DNA from: Planctomycetota bacterium
GTDB lineage: Bacteria; Planctomycetota; UBA11346
NCBI GenBank assembly: GCA_038213805.1
Contig: JBBQSO010000037.1
Location: 1-49,134, forward strand
DNA: 49,134 bases
Reading direction: 5' to 3'
The notes beneath the pieces were generated by a model. That model was not told the origin of the DNA and did no database searches. It saw only the letters and a program-made list of their open reading frames with translations. This document shows positions 6,959 through 16,169 of this stretch, piece after piece. How positions within the stretch are numbered: the stretch's first letter is position 1; each line of letters begins with the position of its first letter. A program made the translations under genes and the position numbers.

Positions 6959-9900
6959 TCATTGCGGTGGCCGACCGCTGCAGCCCAACCCCCACAGCTG
7001 CTCCAACGGCGCGACGAGCGCCACGCCCATGCGCGTCGCGCCGTAGCCCCAGTCGTAGCTGCGCAGCTGCAGGCGGTGCCAGCCGGCGGTCAGGGTCGCC
7101 GGCACGGTGGCGGACAGCCAGGATTCGGCGGTCTCTTTTTTGGCCATGCCGTCGAACAGGATGGCGTTATCGAGCGTCAGCCTGACGCGCGCCTGCGGCA
7201 TGCTGTGTACGATCACCGTCAGCGGGGTGGTGGCCTCGGCGTGGACCCACGAACTGGCGTACCAGACCTGGGCACCGCCCTTGCCGAGCAGCAGGCGCGA
7301 ATCAAGGGCCTCGACCTGGGCGGGCTGCCAGCGCACGTCGCGCTCGGCCTTCCACCAGCCCGCGATCGGCGCGCCTGAGAAGACCGCCTGGGCGTCGAAG
7401 GGGCCGCTGTCCGGCGGGTAGACGGCCTGATCGAAGAAGGCGCGCACCGCGTCCTTCATCTCGCCCGGCGGATCCGCGACGAAGCGCTCTGCACCCGGGC
7501 CGCCGAAGGGCCCGCACACCAGCCAGTGGCGCAGCACCAGCCCGCCCGCGGCCGGGGCGGAGAATTCCGCCGGCGCCCAGGCGCCGGGATAGAGCCGCGC
7601 CTCGGTGGGTTCGTCAAAAGTCTCGCGGCTCGCTGAGCCGTCGGTGTCGGCCCACCACACCTTGGCGTGGCCACCGAAGGTCGCCTCGAAATCAACGGCG
7701 GTGCGCAGGGCTGGCGACAGCACCGGCAGCCCGGGGATGGCCTCGCGCGGGATGCTGACGCTCACCACGTAGCCCTTGCCGTCGGCATCGCGTCGACCGC
7801 CGAGGACGGCGCCCTCCAACTCGCCGACGTGCGCGAACTGCGTCTGGCCCACCGGCGTGCGGTAGGCTTGTGGGCTGGCGCCGGACCGCGACCAGGCGGG
7901 ATGGAAGCCGATCGCCGCGGGGCGGACCGTGCCGCCATCGTCGAACAGGCCGAGCACGATGCGCAGGTCGCCAACGCGTCCGCCGGCCTCGCCGCCCGGC
8001 TTGGCCGCGGGATCGCCCTGCAGATAGAAGCTCACCGCGTCGCTGATGCGGTCGTGGGCGAAGACGCGTTCGAGCGGCCGCAGCGCGCGCGGCGTGAAGT
8101 CCGTGCCGGTGCGTGCATGGATGCGCAGGTGGAGGTGGCCGGGATCCCATAGACAGCGCACCTCGACGGTGCGCTCGCGGTCGGCCTGGAAGGTCAACGG
8201 ATCGCACTGCTCCCAGCCGGCCAGGGAGCCGTCGTGCTGGACGCCACCGAAGGCGGGTGCGAAGCGCGCGAGCCGGGCGTTGCCGGCGCCGCCGCGCAAG
8301 GCCAGCGCGACCTCGGGCGGGCTGACGATCTGCGCGAGGCCGATCTCGACCTGCGCCTGCAGTTCGCTGAGCTGGCGCACCGGGTTGTCGTGCAGTGACC
8401 AGCCCAGACAGCGGAACACCAGCGGCGTGTCCTTGCCGACCCCGACGAAGATGCCGCCGTCCTGGGGGTCGCCATAGACCATGCCCGAGAAGAACTCACC
8501 CGGCAGATCGTAGATCCCCAGGCGGCTGCCGCCGGGCGGGAACAACGTGTCGACGTAGAGTCCGTCCTGGTCGTAGAGCAGCACGCCGCAGCGCGTCTGG
8601 TCGAGGACCGGCAGCAGGCCGTTCAGCGGCGCGCGGATGTGCATCGCGCCGACCGTCTCGCCGGGCTGCGGTGGTCCGTTGATCGCGGCACGCCCGACGC
8701 GCCAGCGCAGGCGCATGCCGCCTTTGCCGTCGGGCACGTAGGCCGAGACCTTCTCCTGCGCGGCGAAGTTGGCGCTGAAGTTGCGGCCACCGCGGGCGCT
8801 GACCCAGAAGCCCTGCTCTGGAGTGCCGTCGCACTGTGCCCAGTCGCTGCTGTAGCTGTCGGCGGTCTCGTTGCCGCCAGTCAGGGCGGTGGCGGTGCCG
8901 GCGGCGCGCGCGGTGAAGACCGGGTCGGTGAGGATGCGCTCCCACGCGCCGAACTCCGGGATGCCGCGCTCGTCACAGCCGGTCACCGGCAGCCGCCAGA
9001 CGTCGCGCCCGCCCTGGTTGATGGCGAGCAGCGCGAGGTCTGCGCCGACCTGTTCGCCGTGGTAGCGCAGGATGGTGCCGGGCAGGGTCATCGGCGTGGA
9101 CCGGAATTCGCTCTCCTCGACCTTGCCGTCGCCGTCGCTGTCACGCCAGGCGAAGTGCTGCGTCGGGCCCGCGTCGCTGCGCACGCCGACGATGCCGGCC
9201 GCAAGCTTCCAGCGGTCGCCGTCGAGGCGGTAGATGGCGTACTGGCCGCGCGGTGTGCACACCAGGTACGGCCGCCCGCCGCGCGTCACCATGCGCACGT
9301 GGTCGAAGCCGGGCAAGAAGGGATCGGTGCCGACGTCCGGCCACACTGCGTCGACGGTGAAGCTGCCGCTGGTGTAGTCGATGGCGAAGCGCGTCAGCCA
9401 GCCTTGTTCGCCGGCGATGTAGGCGTGGTGCGGATCGGCGGGATCAACCGCCCAGCCGTCGTTGGCGCGGGTCTGCAGGCTGGGAAATTCGCGCAGCAGC
9501 TCGCCCTCGGCGCTCCATTCGCTGGTGCGGCACGGACCGGCCTTTTCGACCACCAGCAGACGGTCGTGACCCTGCGCATCGGTCCACGAGGCGAGTTTCT
9601 CCGGGTACATCAGGGTCTCGCGGTCGTAGGCCCCCGGCTGCTGGCGGTCGCCGCGGCCGAAGCTGCGCAGGCGCTTGCCGTCGGCGGCGTACTGGTGCAC
9701 GCGGTTCGCGGCGGGCTCGCTGACGTAGATGCGGCCGCTGCCGTCCACCGTCAAACCGCCCGGATCCATGGCGGCGGGCAGCTCAAGGACACGCTTCCAG
9801 CTGCCGGTGGGTCTGCCTTCCGCCAGCGGCATCGCGCTGACGGCCCAGCCGGCGTCGGTCCCGTGCAAGCCGTAGAGCTGGCCGCCGCGCGCGGCCAGGC

Positions 9901-10897
9901 CGCGCGGACGCGTCAACGGCAGGGTCGCGAGCAGTGCACCATCTTCGCCGGCGTGGACGGTGACGAGGTCGACCGGCGTGGACGATTCCACCCAACCGAA
10001 CTCGCTCTTCCGCTCCAGCCGGCCGCGCTCGGCGATGAACACGCTGGTACGTCCGGCGGTGCGCCACGCCGCCATCGCGATGACCTCGCCCTCGGGTGCG
10101 TAGCTGTTCTTGCGCATCGCCCGCGGGCTGGAGCCGAAGCCCTTGCCATCGGCGCGGTAGACGTGGCAGCCGCCATCGGTCGAGTAGCTCCATACCGTCT
10201 CGCCGTCGGTGCAGGTGCTGCGGCCGCCGCCCGCGCCGCCGGACGGGAAGGAGCGCAGGAACTGGCCCATGCCAAGCGGCTTGCGCAGGTCGAAAAGGGG
10301 ATTGCTGAGCCCGTTCTCGAGGTAGCTGTAGTAGAATACCGCGATGCCTTCGGGGCTCACCGCGACGTCGCCGATCGGCGCATTCACCGGATCGCCGTGG
10401 AACGGCTCGCCCTGCCGGCCGGCGTCCGCGGGCGACGGCAGCCAGGCTGACACTCCGCCAACGAAGCGCGGCACCACGGAATGGAACTCGCCGTCGACCG
10501 GCCAGCGTTCCGCCGGCATGCAGATGCCCTTGACCGCGTAGGTGCCGGGCGGGACCGGCATGAAGTTATCGTCGAGCCCGTTCCAGATCTCGCTGAAGTG
10601 GCCGTGATTCTCGGCGGTGACCGTGCGCGGGACGCCGGCGGCGAACTGGCTGATGATCCAGTCGGGGTTCTCCGCGTCGACGATCGCCAGAGTTACGCGC
10701 CAGGTCCCTGACGGCGAGCCGTCCGCAGGCAGCGCGTAGCTGATGGGCACGCCGCTCGGGGCGGGCGTGGGCGGCGCATCGGCGGCGGGAATGGTGGCGA
10801 CGGACAGTGCCCACACCAGGGCGGCGGCGAGGCGCAGGGATGTGCCCAAAGTTTCAGCAGCGCCCACGACGTGCTGGAATCGGTCCCGTGCGGTCAT
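6959..10897 (-). CDS. Large secreted protein: FlgD-like Ig domain, NHL/beta-propeller repeats, CBM9-like sugar-binding domain
   Basis: Signal peptide; WNGLDDNFMPVPPGTY (FlgD-Ig), PGGLTVDGSGRIYVSE (NHL), DSDGDGKVEESE, DGSLAGW...WDPGHLHL (CBM9-like), WLVCGPF; start uncertain. Confidence 0.75.
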   Translation of the reverse strand: MTARDRFQHVVGAAETLGTSLRLAAALVWALSVATIPAADAPPTPAPSGVPISYALPADGSPSGTWRVTLAIVDAENPDWIISQFAAGVPRTVTAENHGHFSEIWNGLDDNFMPVPPGTYAVKGICMPAERWPVDGEFHSVVPRFVGGVSAWLPSPADAGRQGEPFHGDPVNAPIGDVAVSPEGIAVFYYSYLENGLSNPLFDLRKPLGMGQFLRSFPSGGAGGGRSTCTDGETVWSYSTDGGCHVYRADGKGFGSSPRAMRKNSYAPEGEVIAMAAWRTAGRTSVFIAERGRLERKSEFGWVESSTPVDLVTVHAGEDGALLATLPLTRPRGLAARGGQLYGLHGTDAGWAVSAMPLAEGRPTGSWKRVLELPAAMDPGGLTVDGSGRIYVSEPAANRVHQYAADGKRLRSFGRGDRQQPGAYDRETLMYPEKLASWTDAQGHDRLLVVEKAGPCRTSEWSAEGELLREFPSLQTRANDGWAVDPADPHHAYIAGEQGWLTRFAIDYTSGSFTVDAVWPDVGTDPFLPGFDHVRMVTRGGRPYLVCTPRGQYAIYRLDGDRWKLAAGIVGVRSDAGPTQHFAWRDSDGDGKVEESEFRSTPMTLPGTILRYHGEQVGADLALLAINQGGRDVWRLPVTGCDERGIPEFGAWERILTDPVFTARAAGTATALTGGNETADSYSSDWAQCDGTPEQGFWVSARGGRNFSANFAAQEKVSAYVPDGKGGMRLRWRVGRAAINGPPQPGETVGAMHIRAPLNGLLPVLDQTRCGVLLYDQDGLYVDTLFPPGGSRLGIYDLPGEFFSGMVYGDPQDGGIFVGVGKDTPLVFRCLGWSLHDNPVRQLSELQAQVEIGLAQIVSPPEVALALRGGAGNARLARFAPAFGGVQHDGSLAGWEQCDPLTFQADRERTVEVRCLWDPGHLHLRIHARTGTDFTPRALRPLERVFAHDRISDAVSFYLQGDPAAKPGGEAGGRVGDLRIVLGLFDDGGTVRPAAIGFHPAWSRSGASPQAYRTPVGQTQFAHVGELEGAVLGGRRDADGKGYVVSVSIPREAIPGLPVLSPALRTAVDFEATFGGHAKVWWADTDGSASRETFDEPTEARLYPGAWAPAEFSAPAAGGLVLRHWLVCGPFGGPGAERFVADPPGEMKDAVRAFFDQAVYPPDSGPFDAQAVFSGAPIAGWWKAERDVRWQPAQVEALDSRLLLGKGGAQVWYASSWVHAEATTPLTVIVHSMPQARVRLTLDNAILFDGMAKKETAESWLSATVPATLTAGWHRLQLRSYDWGYGATRMGVALVAPLEQLWGLGCSGRPPQ

Positions 10898-11261
10898 CGC
10901 ACTTGCCGCTGCGGCGCCAGCGGTCCATCGGCTGGTACACTGCGCTGGCGCGTGCCGGCAATGTCGGGGATGGCGTTTCGGATGCACCGCGAGACTGGGC
11001 GCGTGTGGAGAATCAGCTGCGGCATGCGCGACCTCGCACGCATGCTGCGCGTGCCCGGGGCTGCTTCAAGTCGACAACACCGACCGCCTGCCTTGCAGCG
11101 GCTGCCCACCGATGCCGGGCACGGGGGCGCAAAGCGCAATCCGTCCGTCAGGACTGGATTAAACTGCCCGAAAAACCACCGTCGCTCCGGTTACGGAGGG
11201 GTCGAACGGCGTTCCTAGAGCAGGCGGAGAATGCTATGCGTCTTGCATACATTCTCACGTA

Positions 11262-11407
11262 GTGGTCACCCTCACCGCCGAGTGGCGCGCGTACACCATC
11301 GATGTCGCCGGCGCCGACCTGACACGCATCAAGACCGGCTTTATGGGGGTGGTGGCGGGTAGGGGCAGTCTTTGGCCCTCTTCATGGATGACATCCGCTG
11401 GGAGTGA
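11262..11407 (+). pseudogene. 3' remnant of a carbohydrate-binding-module gene with a 1-nt frameshift
   Basis: VTLTAEWRAYTIDVAGADLTRIKTGF..VVAG then shifted frame GQSLALFMDDIRWE*; typical CBM C-terminal strand (..DDIRWE); no upstream body. Confidence 0.55.
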
Positions 11408-11573
11408 GACGGCAGCGCGTGACGGTCGGCAATCTGCAAACGGGGGAGGCATGAGGGAAGTTGGTCGGACCAGGTATCTGTGACCGCCCTCTGCGGGCAC
11501 TTGCACTACATATTCAATTGATAACAATTAGTCGGATTCGCGGCCTGCTACGATGTGCAGCATAAGGATCCCA

Positions 11574-13022
11574 ATGTCCCTTTTTTCAAGCGCCGCTGCC
11601 GTTGCGCCGCGTCATGGCCCAGCGCTAAGCGGGGCCGGGGCGACTCCAAACGCGCCGCTGCGCATCGTCCTGATCAGCCCGAAGGGCCCGCTCTACCGCC
11701 ATCGCGGCGGCATCTTCGGCAAGGGCCTGCGCTACATGCCGCTGACCCTGACCACACTTGCGGCGCTGATCCCCACGGACCTGCCGCACACCGTCGCCTG
11801 CCTGGATGAGGGCATCCAGGACGTACCGGTCGACACCCTGGAAGCCGACCTGGTCGGGATCACGGTGATCACCGGCACCGCGCCGCGCGCCTACGAGATG
11901 GCCGCGGCGCTGCGCGCGCGCGGCATCGCAGTCGTGCTGGGCGGGCCGCACCCGACGCTGATTCCCGACGACGCCCAGCCGCACGCCGACGCGGTGGTGG
12001 TCGGCTATGCCGAGGACGAGTGGCCGCGTCTGCTGCGCGACTTCACCGCCGGAACCATGCGCCCGCGCTACGTCGCCAGCCGCGACCTGGTCATCGGCGG
12101 CCGTCCAGAGCCGCGCCGTGAGCTGCTGCCGCGTCGGCGTTATCTGATGGACGATGTCTTCGAGGCGACGCGCGGCTGCGTGCACGCCTGCGACTTCTGC
12201 GTGGTGCCGGCGGCGTGGCCGGGCCGGCCGTGGCAGAAGCCACCCGAGGAGGTCGCCGAGTCGATCCGCCGCAAGGGCTCGCGCCGCGCCCTGTTCGTCG
12301 ACCTCAACATCATCGCCGACCGCGGCTACGCGCTGCGCCTGTTCGCCGCGCTGAAACCGCTGCGCATCCACTGGTTCGGGCTGTCCACCACGCTGCTCGC
12401 CGACGACCAGGAGCTGCTTGACGCCGCCGCCGGTTCCGGCTGTCGCGGCCTGCTCATGGGCCTGGAATCGATCGATGGCGGGGCGCTCAAGGGAATGCGC
12501 AAAGGCTTCAACGACCCAACGCGCTACGGCGAGCTGGTGCGGCGCCTGCACGAGCGCGGCATCGCCCTGCAGGGCTGTTTCGTATTCGGCGGCGACCATG
12601 ACGGTCCGGACATCTTCATGCGCACCGCGCGCTTCGCGGTCGAGGTCGGCATCGACCTGCCGCGCTTCGCCATCCTGACACCCTTCCCCGGAACCGCGCT
12701 CTACCGCCGGCTGCTCGCCGAGGGCCGCCTGTTGCACCGCGACTGGGAGAAGTACGACGGCCAGCACGTGGTCTTCCGTCCGGCGCGCCTGGGCGTGGAT
12801 GAACTGCTGCGCGGCACCGAGCAGGCGTGGAAGCACTGTTACTCGTGGTCGGCGATGTTCAGCCGCCTGCGCCGTACCGCGGCGCCGCTCCACGTCGCGC
12901 TGGTCACCAACCTCGGCTACCGCTTCTACGCGCACCGCCTGCACCGCTTCTACAGCTGCGACGCCTTCAGCTGGGACGCGGCGCCGGCGGCGGCCGAGAC
13001 CGCCAGCTCGGCGGCCGGATGA
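11574..13022 (+). CDS. B12-binding domain radical SAM enzyme 1
   Basis: PLTLTTLAAL, DLVGIT, VVLGGPHPT, GYAE (cobalamin-binding fold); TRGCVHACDFC; GLES; TPFPGT. Confidence 0.92.
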   Translation: MSLFSSAAAVAPRHGPALSGAGATPNAPLRIVLISPKGPLYRHRGGIFGKGLRYMPLTLTTLAALIPTDLPHTVACLDEGIQDVPVDTLEADLVGITVITGTAPRAYEMAAALRARGIAVVLGGPHPTLIPDDAQPHADAVVVGYAEDEWPRLLRDFTAGTMRPRYVASRDLVIGGRPEPRRELLPRRRYLMDDVFEATRGCVHACDFCVVPAAWPGRPWQKPPEEVAESIRRKGSRRALFVDLNIIADRGYALRLFAALKPLRIHWFGLSTTLLADDQELLDAAAGSGCRGLLMGLESIDGGALKGMRKGFNDPTRYGELVRRLHERGIALQGCFVFGGDHDGPDIFMRTARFAVEVGIDLPRFAILTPFPGTALYRRLLAEGRLLHRDWEKYDGQHVVFRPARLGVDELLRGTEQAWKHCYSWSAMFSRLRRTAAPLHVALVTNLGYRFYAHRLHRFYSCDAFSWDAAPAAAETASSAAG

Positions 13023-14392
13023 AGCCGGCTCCGTTCCGCCTGACCATCATCCATCCCTGCGTCGGCCGGCGTGTCGGGCAGCGCGGCTACATCCGCACCT
13101 GGAAGATGGAGCCGCTGCCGGCGGCGACCATCGCCGCGCTGACTCCGCCGGACGTCGAACGGCGCTTCTACGACGACCGCCTTGAGCCGATCCCCTTCGA
13201 CGAGCCGACCGACCTGGTGGCGATCAGCGTCGAGACCTATACCGCGCGCCGCGCCTACCAGATCGCCAGCGAGTATCGACGCCGGCGCGTGCCGGTGGTG
13301 ATGGGCGGCTTCCACGCGGCGCTGTGCCCCGACGAGGTCGCGCGCTACGCCGACGCGGTGGTGATCGGCGAGGCCGAGGAGCTCTTCCCGCTGATGCTCG
13401 ACGATTGGCGCCACGGGCGCGGCAGCCACGTCTACCGCGCCGAGAGCCGGCCGCGCAGTCTGCGCGTCGCGCCCGACCGCAGCATCTTCCGCGGCAAGCG
13501 CTACCTGCCCATCCGCCTGGTCGAGACCGCGCGCGGCTGCCGCTTCGCCTGCGAATTCTGCGCCATCACTGCGGTCTTCACCGCGACCCAGGTGCGCGCG
13601 CCGATCGAGCGCGTGCTTGGTGAGGTGCGCGCGCTCAAGCGCCCGGGCCTGCTGTTCTTCTTCATCGACGACAACATCGTCTCCGACCTGGCGGGCGCGA
13701 AAGAGCTGTTCCGCGCCCTGGCCGGCGAGGGCATCCGCTGGGTGGGGCAGGCATCGAGCACGGTGGCCTGTGACGAGGAGTGCCTGGCACTCATGCGCGC
13801 CTGCGGCTGCCAGGGACTGCTGATCGGCTTCGAATCGCTGGGCGCGGAGCAGCTCGGGCAGATGAACAAGGGCTGGAACCTGGCGCGGGGCGGCCCGTCC
13901 GCGGCGATGGCGACACTGCGCCGCCACGGCATCCGCGTCTATGGCACCTTCATCTTCGGCTATGACCACGACGACGCTGCGTCGTTCGCGCGCTCGGTGG
14001 GCTTCGCGCGCGACGAAGGCATGTTCATCGCCGCCTTCAACCACCTCACGCCCTTCCCGGGCACGCCGCTGTACGCGCGGCTCGAGGCCGAAGGGCGGCT
14101 GCGCTTCCCGGCGTGGTGGCTGGATCCGGCCTACCGCTATGGGATGGTGCCGTTCATCCCGCGCGGCATGCCGGTCGAGGAGCTCGAGCAGCGCTGCAGC
14201 GCGGCGCGGCGCGCCTTCTACGGCTGGGACAGCATCTTCGCGCGCGCCCAGGCGCGGGTGAACCGTCACGACCCGTGGATGCTGCTCAATTTCCTCGCCA
14301 TCAACGCCATGCACCGCGCCGACGTGGTCGGGCGCAACCATCTGCCGCTGGGAGACGCCGCGTGGACCGGGGAACTGTTGCGCGTGTCATGA
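13019..14392 (+). CDS. B12-binding domain radical SAM enzyme 2
   Basis: ATGA overlap; DLVAIS, VVMGGFH, GEAE; ARGCRFACEFC; FFIDDN; GFES; TPFPGT. Confidence 0.92.
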   Translation: MKPAPFRLTIIHPCVGRRVGQRGYIRTWKMEPLPAATIAALTPPDVERRFYDDRLEPIPFDEPTDLVAISVETYTARRAYQIASEYRRRRVPVVMGGFHAALCPDEVARYADAVVIGEAEELFPLMLDDWRHGRGSHVYRAESRPRSLRVAPDRSIFRGKRYLPIRLVETARGCRFACEFCAITAVFTATQVRAPIERVLGEVRALKRPGLLFFFIDDNIVSDLAGAKELFRALAGEGIRWVGQASSTVACDEECLALMRACGCQGLLIGFESLGAEQLGQMNKGWNLARGGPSAAMATLRRHGIRVYGTFIFGYDHDDAASFARSVGFARDEGMFIAAFNHLTPFPGTPLYARLEAEGRLRFPAWWLDPAYRYGMVPFIPRGMPVEELEQRCSAARRAFYGWDSIFARAQARVNRHDPWMLLNFLAINAMHRADVVGRNHLPLGDAAWTGELLRVS

Positions 14393-15438
14393 GCGGCGGG
14401 CCGGCGCAGGCGCCGCGCGTCGCCCTGGCGCTGCCGGGCGACGCCGCGGCGATCGCGGCGCTGCTCGCCACGCCCTTGCCGGGCGCGCTGCGCCTGGTGC
14501 TGGCCGCGCCGGCGGCAGCCTGCGCCCCGCACGAGGATGCCGGCGTCCGCCATCACGCGGTGGTGGTGCGCAGCGCCGCCGGCGCGGTGCTGGGCCACGG
14601 TGCGCGTACGGTGCGGCGGCTGCGCGGCGCGGCGGGTTGGGGCTGGACCGGCTACCTGCACGGCCTGCGTCGCAGCGATGACCTGGCAGGCGACGGCCGC
14701 CGCCTGGCGGCGGCACTGCACGAGCTGCAGGCGACGCGGCGCGACGACGAGTGCGCGCACGACCTCACTGCCATCCTCAGCGCGAACCGGCGGGCGCGCC
14801 GGGTGCTGGAAGGGGGGCTGCCCGGCGCGCCAGCCTACCGCCATCTCGGCGATTACCGCACCGTGGTGCTGGTCGCTGCCGGCGCGGCGCGCTGGCAGGC
14901 CGCCGGCATCACGCTGCGCGCGGGTCTCGCACACGCCGCCGACGCGGTGCGCGCCATGGTCGCCGAGCAGGCCGGCGGCTACGCGCTGGCGGCCGATTTC
15001 GCGGCGGCCGGTTGGTGGACGGCGTGGCGCGGCGAGCGCCTGGTGGGCGCGGTGCGCGCCGTCGACCGCCGGGCCGAGCAGGTCGCGGCGGTCGACGGCT
15101 ACGCAACGGGGCTGGGTTTGGCGCGCCCGCTGCTCAACGTCGCGCTGCGCTTCGCGGGCCGGCCGACCCTGCCCGCACCCGGTGCGGACCTGGGTCTGAT
15201 ATACGCGGCCCATCTGACGGTGCCGGACGCGGACCCCAATGTGGTGCGCACCCTGCTCGCCGCAGTGGCGCGTGCCAGCGACGCTCGACGGGTGGTCTGG
15301 GGACTCGGTGCCGGCCATGCGCTGCGAACTGCGCTCATGCGCCTACCGGGCTGGAACCTCGACAGCCGCCTCTACGCGGTGGGCGGGCCCCCGTCCGCCG
15401 GTGCGCCCGCAGCGAGCCCGGAGGCGGCGTGGCTGTGA
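14389..15438 (+). CDS. Putative tandem GNAT-fold protein
   Basis: ATGA overlap; DAAAIAALL, GYLHGLR, TAILSANRRARRVL (GNAT motif B-like); second lobe with LVGAVRAVD. Confidence 0.6.
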   Translation: MSGGPAQAPRVALALPGDAAAIAALLATPLPGALRLVLAAPAAACAPHEDAGVRHHAVVVRSAAGAVLGHGARTVRRLRGAAGWGWTGYLHGLRRSDDLAGDGRRLAAALHELQATRRDDECAHDLTAILSANRRARRVLEGGLPGAPAYRHLGDYRTVVLVAAGAARWQAAGITLRAGLAHAADAVRAMVAEQAGGYALAADFAAAGWWTAWRGERLVGAVRAVDRRAEQVAAVDGYATGLGLARPLLNVALRFAGRPTLPAPGADLGLIYAAHLTVPDADPNVVRTLLAAVARASDARRVVWGLGAGHALRTALMRLPGWNLDSRLYAVGGPPSAGAPAASPEAAWL

Positions 15439-16169
15439 ACGTGCGCCTCGACGCGATGGACAGCCTCGACGGCGCGGCGTGCGACGCGCTCGTCGCGCTG
15501 CTGCAGCGGCACTTCGAGGGCGTCGACGCGGTGGGCTTTGCCGCCGACCTCGCGGGCAAGACCCACGTGCTGCGCCTGGTGGCGGACGACGGTGCCGGGC
15601 TGGTGGGCTTCACCACCCTCGACTACCGGCGGCGGCCGGTTGGCGGTGAGCCCGCGGCGCTGCTCTATTCCGGCGACACCATCGTCGACCCGGCGGCATG
15701 GTCGGATGCCAGCCTGGGCGGGGCGTGGATGGCGGCGGTCCTGGCGTTGCACGCGGGGGCCGGGCCACCGGTGCCGTTGTGGTGGCTGGTGCTGACCTCG
15801 GGCGTGCGCACCCACCGCTATCTGAGCGCGTTCGCCTGCCGCTATGCGCCGGCCACGGCGGAGCGTCTGGACGGCGACGCCGCCCGCTTGCTGCCAGAGC
15901 TGGTGCGCGAGCGCTTCGGCGCCGACTACGATCCCGCCGCGGGCGTGGTGCGCTTCGCCCGGCCGCAGCGCTTGCGCGGACACCTGGCTGGTTTGCCCCC
16001 GCACCTGCGCGGCGATCCGGCGGTACAGGCGTTCCTGGCGGCGAACCCGCACCACGCCGCGGGTGACGAGCTCCCCAGCCTATGCCGGCTTGAGGAGGCC
16101 AACTTCACCGCGGCCGGCCGCTTCGCCCTGCGCCGCGGGCGGCGCGCCATGGCAGTCGCAACGCAATGA
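15435..16169 (+). CDS. GNAT-like hypothetical protein
   Basis: GTGA overlap; LVGFTTL, LLYSGDTIVDPAAW, WWLVLTSGVRTHRYL, FLAANP..GDEL. Confidence 0.65.
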   Translation: MNVRLDAMDSLDGAACDALVALLQRHFEGVDAVGFAADLAGKTHVLRLVADDGAGLVGFTTLDYRRRPVGGEPAALLYSGDTIVDPAAWSDASLGGAWMAAVLALHAGAGPPVPLWWLVLTSGVRTHRYLSAFACRYAPATAERLDGDAARLLPELVRERFGADYDPAAGVVRFARPQRLRGHLAGLPPHLRGDPAVQAFLAANPHHAAGDELPSLCRLEEANFTAAGRFALRRGRRAMAVATQ

